Assembly (NCBI GenBank): GCA_044222185.1
Contig: JBGANV010000003.1
Location: forward strand, 256,001-320,000
Direction of reading: 5' to 3'
DNA from: Planctomycetota bacterium
GTDB lineage: Bacteria; Planctomycetota; GCA-002687715; CAIWVZ01
DNA: 64,000 nt
The notes under the pieces are model-generated. The model was not told where the DNA came from. It worked only from the letters and a program-made list of their open reading frames with translations, and ran no database searches. Made by a program: the position numbers and the translations under genes. Shown here one piece after another: positions 56,570 to 64,000 of the stretch. Within the stretch, counting starts at the first letter, position 1, and each line of letters starts with the position of its first letter.

Positions 56570-58609
56570 TCATTCTCGCGAAACCGATTCGGGGAACGGA
56601 CGGCAGGCCGCGTCCTCACACAGCAGCGCCCCGGTGGGTGAACCGCTCGCCCCCGCGATCCCGACCCCGATCGCGGCGAGGGCGGGACGACCCGCGTGAG
56701 TCACCGGGCACACCGAGCGGCCAGGGGACTGGGCTCGGTGTGCCGCCTGCAGCAGCTGCCGGAACCGGGCATCGGACCCGTCACCCCAGACCGTCAGTTT
56801 CCTCGGCGGTTCACGCAGCTCCACCCAGGCGCTCAGCATCAACGGGAATCCCTGAGGAACGCGCGCGACCTCACCTCCGAACGCCCGGACGGTCTGCCGG
56901 CCCTTCTCGCGTAGCGCCTCGTCATCGAACAGCGCGCCCAGCCGCGCCCACAGGAGAGCCAGCACCGAGTTGGCGGAAGGAAGGGCCCCATCATGGGAGT
57001 CCTTCATGCGAGCGATGAGCTCGGACGACGGTTGCGAGAAGAAATACCCGCCGCCAGGGGCGGCAAAGAGCTCGTCGCACCGGGTCGCCAGTTCCCGGGC
57101 CCGGCTGACCCAGCGCGCCTCCCCCGTCGCCTCGAACAGCCCCAGGTATCCAAAGGCCAGGTAGGCGTGGTCGTCGAGCGACCCGGGGAACCGGGCATCG
57201 GCATCTCGGTAACGGCGAAGGAGCGTCCCGGTACCGGGTTCGACGAGGCGGCTCTCCACGAACTCCGCCGCGCGCCGCGCCAGACCGACCCAGCGGTCGG
57301 AGCCGGTGACGGCACCCAGGCGGGCAAGTGCATGGATCGCCAGGCCGTTCCAGGAGGTCAGGACCTTGTCGTCGAGCCCGGGCCGAGGCCGGCGCTCACG
57401 TGCGTCATACAGCTTGCGGCGAACGGCCGCGTACCAGTCGAGGAACGCGTCCTCCGTGAGGCCTTCGGCCGCCGCGATCTCGGAGACGCTCGCCGTCAGG
57501 TGCAGCACGTTCGCACCCTCGAAGTTCCCGGTGGGCTCCACGCCGAAGACCCGGAGCACCCGCGGAGCATCCGCCCCGAGCATGGACTCGAGCTCTTCCT
57601 TCGTGAAGACGTAGAAGCGCCCCTCCTCGCCCTCGCTGTCCGCATCTTGCGCCGAATAGAACCCGCCGGCGTCGTGCGTCATCTCCCGCTCGATGAACGC
57701 GGCGACGTCAGCGGCGATTCGAAGCAGGTCGTCACGTCCCAGGAGCAACGCGCCGTCGACGTAGGCCTCCAGCAGGAGGGCGTTGTCGTACAGCATCTTC
57801 TCGAAGTGTGGGACCAGCCACCGCTCGTCCGTGGAGTATCTCGCGAACCCGCCCCCCACGTGATCGTAGATCCCGCCGCGCCACATCATCTCGAGCGTGT
57901 GCCCGATGGCGTGCCGGCGACGCGTGTCCGGCTCCCGCGCCTCCCGGCGAACGAGCAGGTCGAGAATCGAGGTTCGGGGGAACTTCGGCGCGCCCCCGAA
58001 TCCACCGAACCTCTCATCGAATTCGGCGACCAACGCCCGGTCAGCCTTCTCGACGGCGTCATCCAACGCGGCGTCGCCGACGGCCACGCCTGCGGGCCCG
58101 CGCGCCAGCATCTCGACCATCCGCCGACCGTTCTCGTCGACCTCGGCCCTGCGACGGCGATACACGTCCGCCAAGGTCTTCAGGATGTCCGCGAAGCCCG
58201 GTCGCCCCCACCGTGCATCCGGCGGAAAGTACGTGCCGCCGTAGAACGGCTCGAGGTTCGGGGTCAACCAGACGGAGAGCGGCCACCCGCCCTGGCCCTG
58301 CATCGCCATGACGGCATGCATGTAGACCTGATCCAGATCCGGGCGCTCCTCCCGGTCGACCTTCACGTTCACGTAGTTCTCGTTCATGATCCCGGCGATG
58401 GCCGGGTTCTCGAACGATTCACGCTCCATGACGTGGCACCAGTGGCACGTGCTGTATCCGATCGACAGGAAGATCGGTTTGTCTTCCAGGCGCGCCCGCC
58501 CGATCGCCTCCTCGCCGAAGGGGTACCAGTCGACGGGGTTCGCGGCGTGCTGGCGCAGGTAGGGACTCTTCTCGTTCGCCAGTCGATTGCGGTGCGGTTG
58601 GGGGTGCAT
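56570..58609 (-). CDS. YyaL/SPATA20-family thioredoxin-domain protein
   Basis: [49 protein letters not shown]. Confidence 0.95.
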   Translation of the reverse strand: MHPQPHRNRLANEKSPYLRQHAANPVDWYPFGEEAIGRARLEDKPIFLSIGYSTCHWCHVMERESFENPAIAGIMNENYVNVKVDREERPDLDQVYMHAVMAMQGQGGWPLSVWLTPNLEPFYGGTYFPPDARWGRPGFADILKTLADVYRRRRAEVDENGRRMVEMLARGPAGVAVGDAALDDAVEKADRALVAEFDERFGGFGGAPKFPRTSILDLLVRREAREPDTRRRHAIGHTLEMMWRGGIYDHVGGGFARYSTDERWLVPHFEKMLYDNALLLEAYVDGALLLGRDDLLRIAADVAAFIEREMTHDAGGFYSAQDADSEGEEGRFYVFTKEELESMLGADAPRVLRVFGVEPTGNFEGANVLHLTASVSEIAAAEGLTEDAFLDWYAAVRRKLYDARERRPRPGLDDKVLTSWNGLAIHALARLGAVTGSDRWVGLARRAAEFVESRLVEPGTGTLLRRYRDADARFPGSLDDHAYLAFGYLGLFEATGEARWVSRARELATRCDELFAAPGGGYFFSQPSSELIARMKDSHDGALPSANSVLALLWARLGALFDDEALREKGRQTVRAFGGEVARVPQGFPLMLSAWVELREPPRKLTVWGDGSDARFRQLLQAAHRAQSPGRSVCPVTHAGRPALAAIGVGIAGASGSPTGALLCEDAACRPFPESVSRE

Positions 58610-58942
58610 GAAGCTTCTCGGCTCCGGAGGAAAAGGGAGACCAGAGGGTACCGAAGTGGTTCTCTTTGCCACGATCCTCGCCGGCCGGGGAGCCGGGGCG
58701 TCGTTCCTTCGCGTGCCCCGACAGGCGTTTGCACCGTCAGGCGCGCCATCTTTGGGCCAGCAGCTCCGCTCCAATCCTTTCACTCGTTGAGGATTAGAGC
58801 GAATCCGGCAGCGTTTCGTCCGCAGGCCGGACCACGCCCGTCGACGACGCGGGTATCCTCGTATCACTCTGTAGTCGGCCCCATGTTCGCCACCGCTGAG
58901 CGCCAGTCGACGGTGACCGAGCGAGGGGAAGGAGTCGTCGCC

Positions 58943-60070
58943 ATGTCGTCCCGCGGACCCCGAGGTGGATCCAAGGTTCTTTTGTCGCTCTGCCACCAGG
59001 TCGACGTTCTGTCCGAGCGCATCCGCGCGTCGGTCCCGAAAGGGCCACGGCTGCTGGAAAGTCGCCGGCGGAACGCCGTGCATCGGCTCAGGGCGGCGCT
59101 CCACCGACCGGGCCGGGACCGATTCCGCAACGCCCTCCGCCTCGTCCGGCGCGAGCACGGGTTGGACGAGACGTCCATGCTCGTTGTCCTCCTGCTCTTC
59201 AACCGACGGATCCGCCGAACGAACCCGGCCATGTCGGGTCGGGAACTGCTTGAGAGCGTGTCTCGAAGCGGCTCGGCCATGATCGAATCGTCGAACGTCC
59301 TGCACCCCGATGCGGCGCTGCTCAGGACGGGGCTGATCTCGGGGTCCGCGGCGACGCCCGAGGACGTGTTCGATGCCGAATACCGCATCAGCGTCCCGGC
59401 GTTTCGCTCCCTCTATCGGGCGTACCACGGGGTCCCGGCGGCCGGCGGCGCGGAGACCGACCTCGCGGTCCCCTACCGGAACGTCCTCGAACACCTGTCC
59501 GACATGCGGCTGCGGGTCGAGATGGCCCGTCGTCGGGCGGCGCGCCTGTTCCCCCAGAGCTACTGGGCCGAGGTTCACTCGGACGAGGAACGGCCCGCCG
59601 ACGAGCTTCATGACCTCGTCCGCCGCGTCGAAAGCGCGATCGCCCAACGGGAGGAGTGCACGGCGAACCAACCGGCCCTGCCGCTCGTCCGGCTGAGGAC
59701 CGAATTCAAGCTCACGCCGGACGAAGAACTGATCCTCTCGGCGCTCCTCGTGCAGGAGCTGTTCACGGCGCGCCAGACACTCGAGCTCGGCGAACTGCTA
59801 CGGCTCGTCGCCACGTCCGAGACGGAGGTGATCACCAAGCGCCACGTGATCGCCGCCGACTCCACGCTGCGTCGTGACGGGCTCATCACGGTCGAGTCCG
59901 AGAGCGACGGCAAGGACCTGATGGCAACGGCCTGGCTCGCGCCCGCCACGACGGAGCGGCTGCTCGGAGATGCCCGACTTCAAGGAACGATCGGCGAGGA
60001 CGAGCGGAGGAAGTTCCACGATTTCCTCGAGAAGCTCCGAGGTAGTGATGACTTTTTTCAACAGCTCTGA
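58943..60070 (+). CDS. Hypothetical protein with two winged-helix-like repeats
   Basis: Duplicated pattern 'R-E--L-------L' followed by 'L--D--L---GLI'; ATG at 58943 with upstream GGAG. Confidence 0.65.
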   Translation: MSSRGPRGGSKVLLSLCHQVDVLSERIRASVPKGPRLLESRRRNAVHRLRAALHRPGRDRFRNALRLVRREHGLDETSMLVVLLLFNRRIRRTNPAMSGRELLESVSRSGSAMIESSNVLHPDAALLRTGLISGSAATPEDVFDAEYRISVPAFRSLYRAYHGVPAAGGAETDLAVPYRNVLEHLSDMRLRVEMARRRAARLFPQSYWAEVHSDEERPADELHDLVRRVESAIAQREECTANQPALPLVRLRTEFKLTPDEELILSALLVQELFTARQTLELGELLRLVATSETEVITKRHVIAADSTLRRDGLITVESESDGKDLMATAWLAPATTERLLGDARLQGTIGEDERRKFHDFLEKLRGSDDFFQQL

Positions 60071-60143
60071 ACAATGATGACGATCCGCGCCGGCCGAGTC
60101 GCCCCCCTATCGACGGGGCGGATCATCGAGTAGAAGGAACCGC

Positions 60144-60821
60144 ATGAAGCTATCACCCGCTTCGGACCCGAAGCTTCGGGAACAGTTTCAGCGTTATCGC
60201 GAGATGTTCCCGCACGAGTACGAGGACCGGTGCTGGGTCGCCGTCGCCGAGTACTTCGACCTCCAGAACGATGAGAAGCGGACGATCTCGGCGTTCAAGC
60301 AAGCGATCCTCTTGAACCCGGAATGGGGCAAGTGGCACCTCGACCTCGCCAAGGCGTACATGCGCGCCAAGAAGCTCCCGGAGGCCATCCATCACCTGGA
60401 GCGCTGCGCTGAGCTCAGCTCGTCGGGCTGCCAGAACGCGTACTTCGCCGAGAACGTCCTCTACTACCTCGGTTACGCGCTGTTCATGTTGAAGCGATAC
60501 AAGGAGGCCGCGGAAGCCTGGCGTGGCGCCGAAACGACGATCACGAGCTGGCGGCATCCAGAGCCGCTGAAGGATTTCCACCTCCATCGAGGCTGGGCCT
60601 ATCACCTCGAGCGTCAACTCCTCGACGCGCTCGAAGCGTACCGCAGAGGCATGGTGGCGCCGGGCCCGGGTGACTGCTCTGAAGACGACCCGATGGATCC
60701 CGACGAGGTCGAGTCCGTCCAGGACGCCATGAACGACAACATCATGAAGTTCCACCAGATGGCGAAGGAAGGCGAGATCCCGGACGCGGACACGTTGAAG
60801 GCCACCCCTTACACCAGCTGA
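60144..60821 (+). CDS. TPR protein
   Basis: AAGGA ribosome-binding site; tandem TPRs (WHLDLAKAYM, YYLGYALF). Confidence 0.85.
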   Translation: MKLSPASDPKLREQFQRYREMFPHEYEDRCWVAVAEYFDLQNDEKRTISAFKQAILLNPEWGKWHLDLAKAYMRAKKLPEAIHHLERCAELSSSGCQNAYFAENVLYYLGYALFMLKRYKEAAEAWRGAETTITSWRHPEPLKDFHLHRGWAYHLERQLLDALEAYRRGMVAPGPGDCSEDDPMDPDEVESVQDAMNDNIMKFHQMAKEGEIPDADTLKATPYTS

Positions 60822-60841
60822 ACGCGCCCCCGCACCCGCCC

Positions 60842-62080
60842 ATGCACGAGCTCATCTTCGACTGGAACACCGTCGGCGACTCGGATCGCAGGCCTCGCTC
60901 CGTCACGTTCGACGACGAGACCCTGCGCGACGGTCTCCAATCCCCGTCGGTTCGCGACCCGCACATCTCGAAGAAACTCGAGCTCCTCGACGTCATGGAG
61001 GAGCTCCGCATCGAGACCGCGAACCTCGGGTTGCCCGGCGCCGGAGAGAACCAACGGCGCGACATCCTCGAGATGTGCCGCCATCTCGCGAAGAGCAAGG
61101 CGCGCCTGCGACCGAACGTCGCGTGCAGGACGCTGATCTCCGACATCGAGCCCGTCCGCGCGATCATGGATCAGACGGGGCTTTCGGTCCTCGCGTGCTG
61201 CTTCATCGGGTCGTCGCCGATCCGTCAATACACGGAAGACTGGAAGGTCGACACGATCCTCGGGCACATCGAGAAATCACTCACCTTCGCGCGCGACCAG
61301 AAGATCCCCGTCATGTTCGTGACGGAGGACACGACCCGCGCCCATCCCGACGACCTGAAGAAGATGTACGACCTCGCCATCGGCCTCGGCGCCGAGCGGA
61401 TCTGCGTCTGCGACACCGTCGGGCACGCGACGCCCCACGGGGTGACGAAACTCATCGCCTTCATCCGCGATCTCGTCGCGGCCGCCGGTCGACCGGTGAA
61501 GATCGACTGGCACGGTCACCGCGATCGGAACCTGGACATCGCGAATTGCATCGCGGCGGTCGAAGCCGGAGTGGATCAGGTCCACGGCGCCGCCCTCGGT
61601 GTGGGCGAGCGCGCCGGCAACGCACCGATGGACCTGCTGCTGGCGAACTTCGCCCTGCTCGGCTGGATCGATCGCGACCTGCGGGCGCTCGACCGCTACG
61701 TCCGACTGGCGTCCGAGGCCTTGGCCGTCCCCGTACCGCACAACTACCCGATCTTCGGCAACGACGCGTTCCTGACGGGAACCGGCGTCCACGCGGCCGC
61801 GGTGGTGAAGGCCCTTCGCAAGAACGACGTCTGGCTCGCCGACCGCGTCTACTCGGGAGTCCCCGCGACGTCCTTCGGCCGCGAGCAACGCATCTCGGTC
61901 GGGTACATGTCCGGCAAGTCGAATGCCGCCTATTGGCTCGAGCGGCACGGCTACACGCCTACGGATGAGCTCGTCGCCCACGTCCTCGGCGCGGCGAAGG
62001 CGGGAAACCACCTTTTCACGGACGACGAGATCCACGCGATCTGCAAGCGCTTCGGCGCGAGCACCGCCGCGCGCGCGTGA
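60842..62080 (+). CDS. LeuA/homocitrate-synthase-like DRE-TIM enzyme lacking a regulatory domain
   Basis: DETLRDGLQ, EDTTRA, CDTVG, WHGHRD, GVGERAGN. Confidence 0.85.
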   Translation: MHELIFDWNTVGDSDRRPRSVTFDDETLRDGLQSPSVRDPHISKKLELLDVMEELRIETANLGLPGAGENQRRDILEMCRHLAKSKARLRPNVACRTLISDIEPVRAIMDQTGLSVLACCFIGSSPIRQYTEDWKVDTILGHIEKSLTFARDQKIPVMFVTEDTTRAHPDDLKKMYDLAIGLGAERICVCDTVGHATPHGVTKLIAFIRDLVAAAGRPVKIDWHGHRDRNLDIANCIAAVEAGVDQVHGAALGVGERAGNAPMDLLLANFALLGWIDRDLRALDRYVRLASEALAVPVPHNYPIFGNDAFLTGTGVHAAAVVKALRKNDVWLADRVYSGVPATSFGREQRISVGYMSGKSNAAYWLERHGYTPTDELVAHVLGAAKAGNHLFTDDEIHAICKRFGASTAARA

Positions 62081-62311
62081 TGGCGCCCGCCCCGGGCGCG
62101 CGAGTGCGCGCCACGAACCAGCTCCAAGCTGGCACGTCCCGCAACTCCGCACGCACGGGTCGGTCACCGACGACGCACGACCTCGACGTCCGGATCATGC
62201 AGGTATCTCAGACCGCGCGTCGCCAGGAAGCAAGACGCGCGCGGCGACGGCCCGTTCGACGCTCGCACGCAAGCCCGATGCGCCCACCGCGGTTCTTCGT
62301 GCGCCGCAAGC

Positions 62312-63433
62312 TCAGATGAAGAGCGGCATCAACAGGCCGATGAGCAGCCCGAGGACGCCGCCGAGGACTTCCACCGCCGCCAGCTCATTTCGCGTCGCCT
62401 CGTGGATCAGCCGCTCGAGCTCACCTTCGTCGAGCTCCGAAAGCTGCTTTTCGACGAGCGCGCGGATGTCGATCCGGCGCAGGCCGGTGACGATCTGCTC
62501 GGAGACGACGGCCTCGAGCTCCGGCAGACTCTGCGTGAGCGTCCCCCCGAACCCGTCGAGCCAGCGGTCGAGGCGCGACACGAGGTCGTCGACGATCTCG
62601 TCCCCGTGCCGTTGGAAGCCGCGGTTGATCTCGGCCTTGATCCGGTCGAGGACCGGCGTTTCCACGAGATCGACGACCCACGTCCACAGCTTCTCGCGGA
62701 AAAAGCTCCTCGCCGCCGCCGTCACGCGCTCCGTCAGGACGCTGCGGAATGCATCGTCCGACAGATAGAGCCTGCCGGTCTCCGAAAGCCTCCGCTTCAG
62801 GTCAACTCGAAACTCGCCGGACTCGAGCAGGCCGGAGAAGCCGCGATGCCATCCGCGGATCGCGTCGGCCACGACGCCCTTCTCTCGCAGCCAGCTCGCG
62901 AGCACGTCGGGATTCACGAGGTGGGTCTCGATGGCGGATGCAAGCCTTCGGATGAGCTTGCCCCGGTTCGCGGGGATCACTCCGAAGCCGAACCGCGGTC
63001 GGGTCGGCTTGAAGAGGAGGCGGATCGCGACCCAGTTCGTCCAGTAGCCGACGAGCCCCGACATGGCGCCGAGAAATGCGTAGCTGCGCACGGTCGAGCC
63101 GCGCTCGAAGCACAACGCACCGAGCACCATGGCGAGAAGCGCCCACGGGGTGACGATCGTCATCGCGACGAACGGCCCGGCCGGCCCCTCCCGCGGGGGA
63201 GCCGCCGGCACGTCTGCAGACGGCAGCTCGTCGTCCTTGGCTCCGATGACCTCGGCGAACTGGCGCCCGAAGCCTGCCCAGATCGGCAGCAACTTTTGCG
63301 CGGCGGGCCCGCTCAAGAGTGAATCGGGCGACTCGCCTCCGCCGGCGTCATCCTGAACGCGACGACGGAACCGTCGGAAGACCCGGAGGGCTCCGAACAG
63401 GGAAACCACGAGCATCATGAACCATCGCCCCAT
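62312..63433 (-). CDS. DUF445 family membrane protein
   Basis: VGYWTNWVAIRLLFKP, GVIPANR, C-terminal ELAAVEVLGGVLGLLIG; ATG at 63433 inferred. Confidence 0.85.
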   Translation of the reverse strand: MGRWFMMLVVSLFGALRVFRRFRRRVQDDAGGGESPDSLLSGPAAQKLLPIWAGFGRQFAEVIGAKDDELPSADVPAAPPREGPAGPFVAMTIVTPWALLAMVLGALCFERGSTVRSYAFLGAMSGLVGYWTNWVAIRLLFKPTRPRFGFGVIPANRGKLIRRLASAIETHLVNPDVLASWLREKGVVADAIRGWHRGFSGLLESGEFRVDLKRRLSETGRLYLSDDAFRSVLTERVTAAARSFFREKLWTWVVDLVETPVLDRIKAEINRGFQRHGDEIVDDLVSRLDRWLDGFGGTLTQSLPELEAVVSEQIVTGLRRIDIRALVEKQLSELDEGELERLIHEATRNELAAVEVLGGVLGLLIGLLMPLFI

Positions 63434-63674
63434 GTTGCCGGGACGGATTATCACTCGCCGGGTCGTGGCATTCACCTGCGCGCGCCCCTGCGCCCGAAGC
63501 CTCCGTACCAGTCGAGCCTCGACAGCTGCCCGTGAACCTTCTACGATTCCGGCTCGACCCGCGGAGGTCGTGACGCGAACCAGGACCGCAGACTCATCGG
63601 ATGCCTCGTGGCGGTCCGGTGACACGCTCGGAGCTGTCGGCGCTTTCCTGTTTCACGCACGTCGTCCTGCAACT

Positions 63675-63965
63675 TCATGAGCCGGAGCCACCATGGCCAA
63701 GGTGCTGATCACCGTAGTCGATGCGCCCGCCCCTCCCCGCAAGCACGAGCACGCCCATGCCCACGCCGACGGCGATCCGAACGGCATGCGATGGCCGACG
63801 CTCGACCGCGCGCGCCGCGGTGAATACGAGCGGGTGATCATCGTCGGTTCGATCCGCTTCCATTGGGAGCAGTTGATCGGACTTACGGCCGAAACGACGT
63901 CGGACGACCCCCAGGGCCACGAGGAAGCACACCCCCAGGAAGGCGACGCCAGCCACGAGGGTCAC
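63675..63965 (-). CDS. Small putative membrane protein
   Basis: Two hydrophobic segments; start weak and close to the window edge. Confidence 0.3.
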   Translation of the reverse strand: MTLVAGVAFLGVCFLVALGVVRRRFGRKSDQLLPMEADRTDDDHPLVFTAARAVERRPSHAVRIAVGVGMGVLVLAGRGGRIDYGDQHLGHGGSGS

Positions 63966-64000
63966 GGCGACGGCGACGCGTCATCCGAGGAGACGTCTGA

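Noticed and set aside
56570-60070. Apparent pair of overlapping >1000-aa ORFs on opposite strands
   Set aside because: Each is a real gene (56570..58609 minus, 58943..60070 plus) extended by a stop-free run through the other's antisense strand.
63675-64000. Possible frameshifted gene start (ATG near 63984 out of frame with the 96-aa ORF)
   Set aside because: Too close to the window edge and no recognisable homology to support it.

Overview
High-GC bacterial chromosome segment, most likely from a Planctomycetota lineage (inferred from the ECF sigma/carboxypeptidase-repeat fusion, DUF1570-like peptidase, long-insert signal peptidase I and a recurrent beta-rich secreted domain). Positions ~330-29030 hold a partial flagellar region: fliL; a 6.8-kb non-flagellar insert; two motB genes with one motA; a MotE/FlbB-like gene; fliJIHGFE and flgCB; a FleSR-like sigma54 two-component pair; three uncharacterised TPR envelope genes; a FleQ-like activator; and, divergently, fliD-fliS-fliT-like genes and a GT2-TPR glycosyltransferase. 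The rest contains pcnB, a glycosylation trio, an mgl polarity operon (TPR-roadblock, roadblock, tail-anchored MglA, MglB, orphan NuoE-like gene), an orphan structured RNA/terminator element, periplasmic folding genes, an ECF/anti-sigma module and housekeeping genes. No tRNA, rRNA, CRISPR array or mobile element was recognised. The most interesting signals are (i) two MotB paralogs with complementary loss of peptidoglycan-binding residues, one with a 17-His cytoplasmic tail, (ii) a TPR/STN trio that may form a stator scaffold, (iii) a membrane tail-anchored MglA GTPase whose operon shares a sigma28-like promoter motif with fliD and motA, and (iv) an unexplained structured RNA with a strong terminator. 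All functional calls come from motifs recognised by eye; no database searches were run.
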